A stretch of 64,000 bases of DNA from Lepidodermella squamata (taxonomy: Eukaryota > Animalia > Gastrotricha): contig JBLDXI010000019.1 in assembly GCA_047495785.1 (NCBI GenBank), forward strand, positions 3,534,001-3,598,000. The letters run 5' to 3'. The notes beneath the pieces were generated by a model. The model made no database searches. It saw only the letters and a list, made by a program, of their open reading frames with translations, and had not been told where the DNA came from. The translations under genes and the position numbers were made by a program. The first letter of the stretch is position 1. Each line of letters begins with the position of its first letter. Shown here piece after piece: positions 35,289-46,748 of the stretch.

Positions 35289-38200
35289 TCAATACAAGTC
35301 TACGCTCAAATTCCACGGAACCGCGTCAAATGACTGATCGCATGGTTTTGTAACCGGTATTAAAATTAATCGCCTGCGTAACTGCGACATAGGGATTAAA
35401 CAAAAGCTATTTTTCAAGACGCTATCAATAAAAGAAAAATCTAAAATTCTATAACTTGTTAAAATACGCTTAGATAGTTCGTGTTCTATAGCCGGCCTTA
35501 AATCGTCAATGGCAGCGTTGATATCAGCCGGAAACCGCTCACGCGGGGCCGTGGAGATCGCATTGAGACGGCGCAGGACAACGCCCGGTGAGTTGCGATC
35601 ATACTTGATGAGGCGACATAAGGCTAGTAGATCTTTCGAATTGCTGGCGGGCTCCCCTGCTATTTCGCCGGGAAATTCGATAAAGCAGAGAAGTTCCACA
35701 GGAATCAAGTCATCACGAATCAGCGCTTCAATCGCAAAAGACCGCGGCAACCTCCGGCGAGCCCCGTGGTGTAACCAGCTCCCATCAAAACGCTGGTGGC
35801 GATAGCGGCATGTAGTGAAGATCTTGCACTTAGCTGGTGTTACTTGAAGCAATGCACGCAAAATGGCGAGGTAATCTTCGGAAAGGCGAATGATGCGGTT
35901 TGAACCCGTTGTCTCCTTGTCATCTCCAGCCAGGCGAGGAGTAGTTAGCTGGTGATAATGATGGTTCTCTACCATCTGCCCGATTTGACCTCGGGTACCT
36001 AAATTATAAAATAGTACATGTAATTTCAAATTTGTAAAGTTAATCAGCGTTATTTCACTGATGAATGACATCAACCTAGAATTCCTAGGTTTCGGTGCCG
36101 ATGGCTTTTTTGTTGAAGAATTTGTTCACTTAACACCTCTAACCCTAAGCCTCATTGCAGACGCCTACCGCAATTCGCTGTCAGCCGAGCGGTCGCATAC
36201 CTCAACGACGTCTATGCCTGTTGTTATTCGGAAATTAGATTGGAAATATCGAAAAAATGGAGTTAGTATCGTCGAATGGCTTACATTTGAAATTCGCTGA
36301 AGGACTAACGAGATTGCTTAGTAAATTGCTACTATACGAGTCGTTATTTAATCGGCTGATTCCCGCTAATCTTGTTATTTGGATCGACCCCGAGTCTGCT
36401 CCCATTTTCCGAGTCCGGGCTACCGAGATCACTGACTCAGACCGTGGACGTGAATCTGCGATCGGGCGTACCTTGCGGTTTCCTAGGGTTCGCGACCTTC
36501 GTGATCCGTCTGAGAAGGGTCATGAGAACTGCACGACCCTAACTAAACTTTTGCCTATGAAAGTCGGGCCGATGCGGCGCTTCCTGGAAGGCAACCCATC
36601 AGCAGCAAGACTGCTGGTCGAGGTCGCGAAAAGCAACTCGCAGTCGGTGCTGTCGATCCAGTGGAACGTCAGCGTTTGGACGAACTTGCCGCCGCTGCCG
36701 CCCAGACACGGTTGAAAGGCAAGGAAGTCGTTGTTTTTGATGCGCTGCAATCTCACATGGCCCAGATTCGTGAACACCTTGCGCATTTTGGTGCCAATCC
36801 GGTCAACGCTCCTAAACGCGGACTCACCAACCTTATAGTCGCAACGTTGCTAACACGACCAAGGAGTATAAGGAAGCTTTTCATCGAAAGTCTCATCGCA
36901 TACAATTGAGTCCGTCAATGTTAAAGTTTACATGAAGGAGCCACATTATCACTGCTTTCATTTTCTCGGGCGAGTTGTTTGATCTATGCTGTCGCAAAGA
37001 TTTAATACTGGATTTAATAATACTAGCTTATTTGTTGTCCTATGGCGATTCGGCTAATAAACCCCGGTAACAATCCAGGCTGTAACGAAATTCCGACAAC
37101 ATTCAACTGGCTAATGTTAAACATATTCGGAGTTCTCACTCATTTTTCACATGACAATAATGACTACCGCCGAAATCGAAGAACAGTCCCATTCAATAAT
37201 GAGAACAACTCTGTATAACCCTAGAATCTGCGCTATCGAGTCGTGGTAAATAAGACTTTTCGAAATTTCATTTCAAAAATTGAATTCGAAAACCTAAGCG
37301 CATATCAAATACGATTTCTTGTATTCTTGAATTATCGATCGCTGTCATTGGCCACTACGGCCACGCCACAGCCCAATTGAGGGTTTCGATTGGAACAATT
37401 GTTCATCTTGTCTCTCATCAGTTTAACTACGTCGACATTCCTATAGTCAACCAATGACTTCACAATCTGTTAAAAGCTAATATTTGCAAAAACCTGACAT
37501 AGAGGTACCAACCTCTACGTTAGACATGTTTTACTTTCGCCCTCTGATCGGCATCTACTATCTTTCTTTCTTCCTCAAAAAAATTGACTTCACCAATAAA
37601 CACGAGACGAATGCTAGTCAGCGGCAGATAAAGCTCATGGAATCTCTTGCAAAATAAATTCGCACATTCCTCCTGGGTCAATGAAATGCTAGTTAAGTTG
37701 ACACAATCTTTCCTTACGGATGCTGGTATTAAACTGGCTATGACTCGAAACAACGTATTTTCCCAAATATTTGCGCAATTTACGATGCTGTGGTATTCCG
37801 ATGAGGAAAATCGTCAAAGATTGTCGAGAGCCATTTTTAAATTTGAGACCCTTGCTATTTCCTTATTTGTTACATGCTCATTCACCTCCTAGCCCTAGTC
37901 CGACTCATTTTAGCCATCAGGATTTCTCAGGCAATAATAACGATATTTTGACAACATTCATGAATAATTTGGAGGGGAAATGACATGTGACATATATTGT
38001 GATTGATCGACACACAAAGGCGACTACGAGAACAAAATTTTGTCGCATTTCGAACTGAGACATTTAATCAATTTCAAATCTATCAAAAGTAATACTAAGC
38101 AGCAATTTTATATGTACTTACCTTTAAACTCATGTTTAAGGTGCGAAAGGAAGCCTTCGTAGCCATAAGCGGATACATTGCTGACGTTACCAAAGAGCTC

Positions 38201-41200
38201 AGCAAAATCAGCAAGATGTAGCGCTTGATGGAGGTTGAACAGCAATGCCTCGTCGCCACCCATCAGCTGATGTGTCATAATGGCGTATCGATTGAGCAAA
38301 GAACGGCCTGTACGGATGGCAAAATTCTTCTCTTCAACATTTTGCTCATCGAACTCGAGCAGCAAACGTAACGCCAATTGGAAGGTGACGAACAACAGGT
38401 AGTAAGCGTTCGGTAATTCGTTAGCAAATACTGTCGATCCAACGAAACACAAGTAAAGCTTCATGTGTTTTGCACGCCACTTTGCGTGCACAGACGAATC
38501 AAAGGCTGTGAGGCGAACCGTGATGAGTTGACTAGGAAGGTGCATGTTGCGAAGCTTGTAGGCAATAACTCGACGCGAAATTGCAGACAGTATGTCATCG
38601 CTGAACAGGAACGCTGAGTTTATTCGACGACCATTGCCTTCCTCGAAGCAGTGAAGAGGCTCAACAGGCGCGTCGCGAGGAAACACCATATCGGGATAAA
38701 ACACCGATACTCCGAAAACTCCTTTTAAAATACAAACAGAATGTTAAATATATATATATATATAGATAATGTTCAGATGAAGTCAAATCCTCCTTAAAAA
38801 ATTTCAAAATTAACCCAAGTACCGCAGGAAAGACGACAAGTACATATATATTTCTCAGCTACATAAATAACCCGCCTTGAAGAATAAATGATAAACAAAT
38901 TGATAAATAAATCGTAGAATTAATACAAGGTTTCTGAAATGATAACTATACTAATAGCATTGAAACACCCTCCAATGACTGAGATGAAATTAGAGAAATT
39001 TTGCCGCTTTGCAAAGGTATAATATAGAAAAGTTGGTTAAACCACCCTCTCGAAACACAAACAATAGCTCACTCACCCGTGAAATAATCAAACAAAGCGA
39101 TTAAAGTCGATCTTATTCTACATATTATATTGCTATTAGCAAAGCAAAAATCCCCACACTGAAATAGTTTTCTAGACTATAAGAATTTATAACATAATCA
39201 AATGAGTTAATTGCACACACCCCGAATAGGACTACCCAGCTAAATAGCTAAGATAACGCTAACAGACAAAAACAAAATATATCTACAAGATATTCAAGAA
39301 ACAAGGTGGCGTAGCAGTAAGAAATGATTCAACACTAAGCAAACACAAATAGTTCAACAGTGCCAATTAATAAAACCTACATTAGATTTAACATTAAATG
39401 ATTATTATCATTACCATTTAAAACGTCGAGATGCAGTCTTTCAACAATCGCTCCCACTTCATCCAGCCCATTTGGTCCTCGCAGGTACTGTTCTAGATTG
39501 GGCACCAGTCGATAACGCCAACCGACACCTTCGATGGTCACCCCGGTGACAAGGCAATACGGGCAGCCGTGTTCGCCATTGAATTGCCTCATATTCAAAC
39601 ATGGAGCTCGAGCTATCAAGTCAGCTATGAACGAATGCAAACAAATAGCCAAATTGATTCGAACACCACGTTGAAATACCAGCACCTTCGGAGCCCGAAA
39701 TTCACGTGAAGTTTTGTTCAGGCACAGATCGATAATCTTTTTATAAGGCGGATGGCAGGGACCTTGCCACAAGCCCATAATGATAATGTTATGCGGCTTG
39801 TAACGAGCATGAATCGGCAGGTTGACGATCGACGCCGTTAACGGCCACACATCGGTGCAGCCTGTGTTCCGCTTAGACAAGGGGGTGCCGTCGAAACTGA
39901 CTTGCAATTGCAGACTATGACCAAGATCGCCCATGTTTTGAAGAGTGATGCCATTGTTTATAACATACTCGTTCATGACAGTCAGCAATTGCCAAGCTAG
40001 TGACGGTACAATCACTTCAGCGCGAGCTGATGGCGCCAATTTCTTGTTGCAATTCGGGCACTTGCTGTCTCGATCCAGCTGGCAGAAACAAACCGGACAC
40101 ATGAAGCTTCGGAAACACGGTTTCACCAGACTACCAGATTTCTCCAACCGTCTTCGATAAACGTAGTGCGACTTTGGAATGTACTGGCGTAGCTCTTCTT
40201 TGCAATAGACTCTGACAAAATCGAGTACTTCATCGACAGCAGCTCGAGACAATTTGTGCTGCATTTCGAGGCGCTTCAGACGACCCATAGCATCATGAGG
40301 ATCGGTTGTCCCATAATTCGGCTGGCGAACAAATTCAGCGTACGAATAGCTTTCGCGGATAGGAAACACATTCGATGCTCCTGCTGCAGGCTCATCATTT
40401 TCTTGTCCTTGTTCTCCGACGTCATCGCCATCAACACCACCACCATCATCATCATTGTCACCATCGCCATCGCCATCGCTTTCCTCGGAGGACCAATCAG
40501 ATATATCATCAGTCTACAATAACAAATATAATTTAATAGACTGCAATTTGCAAACAAGTACTAATCAAGATATGTAAGTAATTAGAGGACAAATTGCTAC
40601 GCAATCTAAAATGATATTGCGCACATGCTTTCTAGCCATGTGGCGACGCCGTCTTAGCTAAGACGCAACGCAAACAGCCTAAGTTAATGCGCAGCAACAA
40701 ACCGACAAAAAAATACCATTCTAACTATAATTAACATTGGCAATAACAACGATCATTATGACGAAATCGCCGCGAACTGGTGATTGCTCAAGTACAAAGA
40801 ATTAAAGTAAATCAACGTCCCATTATAAAAGCAAACAAAAAAAATACAACGTCATACAACGTTATAACTAACAAAGTAATAAACTAAATTATTACCCATG
40901 TTTTATAATACCAGCTTAAAACTAGAAACTAGATACCTGACTCGAAGATTTGTATAACAAGGTAACAAAAAAGGTAACAAAAAAAACGACACAGAAAACT
41001 GAAATTTATCAAATAATGCTTACGCTTTCACTCGATTCGCTGGGTGTCGATTCGGTGTCGCTGCTTATCGTAGAAAGACTACCCGAATCAGTTGCAGATG
41101 GATTGATATTACCAAAGGAGGATTCTTCCGTTGACTCTTGCAGCCCCGATTGAGCATCAGTATCATCATCATCATCATCCATAGCGTCAGATGATAGGCC

Positions 41201-41731
41201 ATCACCGCCGCCTTCAATCGATCGTTGCTGTTCAGCTTGAACTTCCTCATTTTCATCATCATCATCATAATAATCCATAGCTCTGTCAAGTGAATCACTT
41301 CCTACAGCGTTAACAACAGTTGCATCACCGCTTGAATCTTCGCTTGCATTAGTCTCACCGACAATAGTTACTTCGCTCATGCTCGAATCAGCATCATCAT
41401 CATCATTATCATCACCGTCCTCATCGTCATCGCCATCAGAACTGTCGCCACCGCCAGTTGTTGTTGTTGTTGTTGAGCTTGTTGTAGCAGAACGCGACAT
41501 TGAACTCGGAGAACTCGAAGAAGTAGCACTAGTAGCACCAGTTGAAGGCTCATTCGAGCTAACTGATGTCAGGTCTGACACGCTGTCTGACGCATCACTG
41601 CCCGCTGTCGGTAACACAGTCTGAGAAGTTTCTTGTAGTAGCGGAACATTATCAGGACGCTTTGGACGACGTCGATCTTCTCTTCCTATAGACTTGCCAT
41701 CAGTCCGCAATCTGTCTGCGCGCTGAGACAT
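35289..41731 (-). CDS. CMC/EnSpm(Mirage)-type transposase, 4 exons, ~1038 aa, apparently intact
   Basis: Exons 41731-41024, 40513-39415, 38721-38122, 35998-35289 (3117 nt, phases 0/1/1). Motifs CPVC...CPNC, SFDGTPLSK, VWPL...NLP...R...NIIIMGLWQG, ADLIARA...QFNGEHGCPYC, GVFGVS, EPLH, FNLHQALHL...SAYGYEG. Acidic S/D-rich N-terminus. Confidence 0.9.
36061..36960 (+). pseudogene. DNA ligase IV-like OB-fold plus BRCT-like segment, antisense inside transposase intron 3
   Basis: VIWIDPESAPIFRVRATEITDSD...GRTLRFPRVRDLRDPSEKGHENCTTL matches the ATP-dependent ligase OB/motif VI pattern. After a 1-nt frameshift at ~36550, LKGKEVVVFD...IREHLAHFGANPVNAPKRGLTNLIVA resembles Lig4 BRCT1. No adenylation (KxDG) domain. 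Confidence 0.75.
37310..37760 (-). pseudogene. BEN-like gene fragment in transposase intron 3, duplicate of the 31300-31466 segment
   Basis: CANLFCKRFHELYL...IGEVNFFEEERKIVDADQRAKVKH, then after an intron IVKSLVDYRNVDVVKLMRDKMNN. The exon and adjacent intron (AAAAGCTAATATTTGCAAAA) are shared with 31430-31466. Confidence 0.55.
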
Positions 41732-42430
41732 GAGGTAGCTCAGATAAAAAATACACAATGTGTAATAACACACTAGATTCAGAAACAAAAACAAATGCAA
41801 CTATATTATGCATAGCAAAGTGTAAAGATACTTAGAAAGCGAGAGAGACAAGAGCGCAGATTTTCATCGTCTCGACATTCCAATTATTTACAAATTATTA
41901 CCAATTACTTACTTATTTGAAACTATATATAGAACGTACTTCAGTGATTCTTTTTCATAGGACCCTTCTTCGGCCTGATAACTACTTTCACTTTATCAGG
42001 CTTCGGCTCAGGATGGCGCAGAGAAACATGACCTTGCATCGCTGTTCTCACGGCGAATACCATGCCACACTTCTCACACGAAAAGTGGCCCGGGTGCTCT
42101 AACAGATGGTCTTGCAGCTCGATATTGCACTGAAATGTCTTCAGGCAAACGGTACAGGCGAAAACTTCTGCTAGCATATCGTTCGTGTCGCGGAAGAACC
42201 AGCACTTTGCTTATTTTTTTTGTTCAGCAGTACCGAAATGTACAGTCCATGGCTCTGTAAAACAGCAGTACTGCTCAAACCGACTGTAAAATAAAGTACA
42301 GTCGGCGCGCTGTACTCGCTGTACAGCTGAAATTAGCTGTACACCCCGGTACGGCACGCCTGACCGTACTGCTTAGTACTGTAGTGATCGGGCAGTACTC
42401 ATGCATACGGCTCAAATACTGTACTAATAG

Positions 42431-42540
42431 TACAGGAGAGATACTGTACTTCAAGTACAGGAGAGATACTGTACTTCAAGTACAGGAGAGATACTGTACT
42501 TCAAGTACAGGAGAGATACTGTACTTCAAGTACAGGAGAG
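42431..42540 (+). repeat. 25-bp tandem repeat x ~4.4 in the Sola subterminal region
   Basis: Unit TACAGGAGAGATACTGTACTTCAAG, no spacers. Confidence 0.95.
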
Positions 42541-43044
42541 AAGATAGTGTACATGCGAAATACAGAAGACGATGTCGCACTTCAAGTACGGTATATGGTC
42601 TGTGCCGTATTCTTTGGTAAAGTTTATTTATCTTGATCGGGATAGCAGTTTTCAGCTTCAGATCCCTTCAGTTCAGCTTCAGATCCCTGCAGTTGCAGAT
42701 GCGAAGACCTTAGACTTATAGCTTAGCGGATGCCACCAATTATTTTCGATCCAAATGTTTACTCAAATTTAAATTCCCATTTTTCGCGATATTTCGTCAG
42801 CAAGTGAACGCAAAGTATAGTGGTTATTCGGCGGTTTTATCTATTACGTAATTTGATTGACTGATTAGTGATTAGGTTCGACTAATTCACCTCGTGAAAT
42901 CTCGTCTCCGCTCGCCTACCGGCTCGCTCCGCCTCGATTTCACTCGTTTCATTCGCTTTACTCGATCTATATTTCGTGCTTCACTCAAATATAGATTCCT
43001 ACTCATGTTATATCATACAAATATAGAAATTAGGTATCTTTTAT

Positions 43045-45256
43045 TCAATCATCAAAATCTGAATCATAAGGCACTGAATTTTTTCTAACATTGAAGCTCT
43101 CAAATATTGCACGCTTGTCGGATTGTTTGCCATTCCACGGCTGATAAGGAAGATCAAGAATCTTCTCGGTATATGACCTCGGTATAATTTCGTTCTTCAG
43201 CATCTCAAGCATGTCAGCCATCAAAGGGTAAGGGAGTGGAAGAGGGGACTTTCTCAGTTTCGGGGGAATTCCTACTGGTACTTTTTTGAGCGAATTTTTC
43301 GATAGACTGTACATCTTCCAAGGCCATTTCGCTTCGTAGCCGTCTCGAACAAAGACAGCTTTCGTCCCCTTTCGATATCTGAACCAAACGCCTTCCGACC
43401 ATGGTAAATAATCGCTTTTTGTGCTAGGCTTGGTTCCAATCCCGAAAAGGTCACAGTTGAGGTTGTTGCTCATTCTCCAGTTTTTTGGCTTCCGAAGCTT
43501 TGATGTGAAGCTTGGCTCGCCGTGGAAATCCAGGAGCTCATCCCAAGACAAATCGTGAATGAAAAATGGTTGTTCAGGGCGACAAATTCGGGCGACTTCT
43601 CGCCAGTCTGTAGGGAAATTGATGGAATGCCGGCTGCCTCTTCGCTCAATCAATCTGACAAAATTGAAAAGTTGAAAAACGGCCAATTTTCTATTCATAA
43701 ATTACGAATGACAATGGTCAACGACCATCATTGTATGATTAGCTTGGAAAAATTTGTGATGGACCGATTGGAGCTGTGACGTTGTGTTTTCCAATGCGAA
43801 CATGATGGCGTTTGCGAAGTAGCTGCTGTGGTTCCCTGTGCCGTTGTCACTATATATGATCAGCGTACGGCAGTTCGGATGGTGAACCGGTAAATACTTG
43901 GTTATATAGGCATATAACGCAGATCCAGCGGAGCTACCGTCAGGGTGTTCAAGGTCAATGTCATCGGACATGAAGCAAAACGCATTCTTAGACACCATTT
44001 CATAAATCACTGCAACAGATATAATATATATTTAAAATATATATAAACATCGCAAAAATACCGCAATTCCAAGTTTTCATTTTCCTGTAGTGATAGTTTG
44101 CATCGGAAATAGCCGGGCTTAACAATGCTTTTTCATAGTCTAGCTGTATCACGACAACCTCCGATTTCTCTTGGGCCATTTTCGTATCGGCCTTGCAAGC
44201 TCGCCTAGCAGCGTTCTTCATGTATAAATGCACCTGGAAGATAGATTTGCGCCTCTCGTCAACTCTGTTTTCGCGTAGCCGCAATCTAAATTTTCTGCAT
44301 TTGCAACACTTGTCTTTCTTGGTTAATTTCAAAGACAGTTCGGGGTAGGCTTCGCGTAAAACCCGTTTGAAGGAAGAGAAGCCAAGTGGGTATAGGCCCG
44401 CTGAGAGAGTTGAAAAGTGCCTCAAATATGCATCGAACATTTCTCGCTGCGTTATGTCTCCTTGGATATAAACTTTTCTGGAATTTTTTCGGACATAATG
44501 ACCGGGTGCACGCTCATAGCTATCAATGAATCTGTAATAATTTGCAAATAAATGTTTTCATAAATCGACCGGAAGGAATTACCTGCAGCAGTGATCAAAC
44601 TGTTCGTTTGAGATTGCGTTAGGATTGGGCTGACAACCTCGTTCATCCGGCTTGGCGAAACCTAGATCGCCAATTTTATTCTTTAAAGTCCACTCGACGA
44701 AGTTGCGCGGGGAAAGGCCAAGGGCGCTGTGGAAAAACTTCGAACACACGCGAATGTTGCCGGCCGAAGCCTTGTTCGAAAACGCGCCATCGAATTGAAA
44801 AGTGTGGTGTTTCGAAGGACCACGTCGAGGTATTACTTGGCGAATTATGAAGCTGCGCCGGTCATCTAAATTGCTGTTTTGAAAAGCGTCATATAGCCGG
44901 CGGACATTTTGCTGAGGAAAATAGTCTTTACAACGATTTGGGCACTTGCAATGATAAAATAAAAATGGCCGAAGCGGTGGAAACAGGACGTTTCGATCTG
45001 GCTCACCGGGTTTCAAGTTTCTAGCTATATCGGAGGAAGAGTCTAGGGTCGCGTCACTTTCTTCAGTTTTCGGCCAAATGAATGAAGGCAAATAGTCAGC
45101 ATTCGAAATTTCTGAAATATTCGACATTTGAGAAGGCGTTGACGTTGCGGAAACAACTGAGAGGTTGTCCAGCATTCTGCTCAATACATTGCCAACAGCA
45201 GAGCCCAAGCACGACGAGCAAGTCGCGCTAACATCAGAATGAGAATTGCTCGACAT
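43045..45256 (-). CDS. Sola1-type DDD transposase, 4 exons, ~685 aa, apparently intact
   Basis: Exons 45256-44583, 44531-44062, 44009-43706, 43654-43045 join in frame. Motifs CKCPNRC, VCSKFF..LG, GHYVR, KKDKCCKC, LDYEK...YHYRKM..WN, YSDN, KFF..NHT...DHCHSLIER, PTDW. The true start may lie further upstream. Confidence 0.88.
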
Positions 45257-45333
45257 TATTAAGGTAGACAAAATAAAGTCCTAAAGATAAACAATAATCA
45301 AGTTCAATATGCATCATTTTTAGTTCTCATCGG

Positions 45334-45705
45334 CTAATTTTTCATACTAGATCGCCTCTTGGGTGCCTCATTTTGTTTGACAAAATAATTTTTTTTTGAC
45401 CAATAAATCAATTCTTCAATTTCCTTCTCAGTAAGAGCTAAGCTGCCTGTTTTTTTGCAATACAATTGTAAATGTTTTTTCAAACCGGATGAATCGAAAA
45501 ATGTTTTATCGCACAAGCGGCACTTTCGGCGAAAACCGATTCGATGAGGTTTTTTCCCAACAAATTTACCCATAACTCGTCGTTGGCCTTTGACTCTCAA
45601 GCTTCTAGATGTTTTTTTCTTAGATTTTTCCAACTCAAGCCATTCGCTTCGCGTTAGGCGCAACTCAGACTCAGCAGTAGTTTCATCAAGTTCCATGGCG
45701 GCCAT
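45334..45705 (-). CDS. Basic zinc-finger (CxxC...HxxxxC) ORF inside the Sola element, possibly the last exon of the accessory gene
   Basis: CRLCDKTFFDSSGLKKHLQLYC. In frame with the upstream acceptor except for one TAA near 45715. Confidence 0.55.
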   Translation of the reverse strand: MAAMELDETTAESELRLTRSEWLELEKSKKKTSRSLRVKGQRRVMGKFVGKKPHRIGFRRKCRLCDKTFFDSSGLKKHLQLYCKKTGSLALTEKEIEELIYWSKKNYFVKQNEAPKRRSSMKN

Positions 45706-45834
45706 CTCGATATTTTAAAACCTCTAAGAAATTGGTTATATAAAAGAAGATTTAAAGTAATTTCCACCTCATTCCATTTTAAAACCTCACAAAAACTCGC
45801 AACCACGCCTTCAGCAAGACTAGGACTGCCTTAC

Positions 45835-46748
45835 CCTGTATTGGTTCATTTTGCTCATCACATTAGTGACGGTACGTCCCCCAAAGGACTCTTCGAAGCA
45901 AGTACCCATCTCCTTGAGTATTTGGTGGAAGTGCTCAGTTGTTGACCTGACGTAGCCTGGCTCCCCAAGGTCCCGGCGCTCATCCATTGTCCTAGCAATC
46001 GCCTTTAGGAGCGGGACTTCCTTGACTTTGTCGTAAAGTGACCCAGTCCGATCAACAACTGTCTGCGGTGCCGCTCTGGAGCCACTGGTACCGGTGACAA
46101 TGGGTAGGTGAGACTGTGACGCACCTAAACTCAGAGGTGGCGCATTGAAAGGCGTCTGGGCCGGCGACGGCTTAGGTTCGGTTTGTAATTCTTATGCAAA
46201 ATTAGAGACATTTAATTAAAGAAATATGCATAAACAATCTGAACCCTAGCGCTGCGAAAAACTGGGATAAATTTGCGATTTTTCCAGCAATTCAGCTTAC
46301 ATTTAACCTAAACTAGGAAGATCTGTCCTGAAAACTTTCTCCTTTTGAGCATAAAATTTGAAAATCAGAGGAACTTCCACCTAGGATATATTCGATAAAA
46401 ATATTCACAAATACCTGAAATCATTCTCGTCAAGTCCTCGACCTTTTGCGACAAAGATGGCTGTAGCGTCATTAGGTCCTCGAGATAGCGTCCAAAAAAG
46501 ACTGATATATGAAGGCGCTCTGGATTCAAGTGAAACGCTAGCAGGAGGTCATCATCGTCATCAATGATGACGAAATGATCACCATCATGCCAAAAAAGGC
46601 CATAGTCGTCAGCTTTAAAGATGTTGCGGAAGACGGGGTAGATTTTCGTTTTTAAAAATACTAAAGGGTTCTCCGCGGAACTATTCATTCTAACGCAACG
46701 TGCCCACTTTGACTCGCCGATAGTCACTTTTACTATTGAGTCAGTCAT
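45835..46748 (-). CDS. Sola accessory gene: PB1-like domain plus Myb/SANT-like segment
   Basis: Exons 46748-46415 and 46190-45835 join in frame. YGLFWHDGDHFVIIDDDDDLLLAF is an OPCA-like PB1 motif. LYDKVKEVPLLKAI...FHQILKEM...RTVTNVMSKMNQYR resembles a trihelix/Myb-SANT domain. Confidence 0.65.

Noticed and set aside
36061-36960. Functional host DNA ligase gene
   Set aside because: No KxDG adenylation domain or DNA-binding domain, frameshifted, and located inside a transposon.
42431-42540. CRISPR-like regular repeats
   Set aside because: Contiguous 25-bp tandem units with no spacers, in a eukaryotic transposon subterminal region, with no cas genes.
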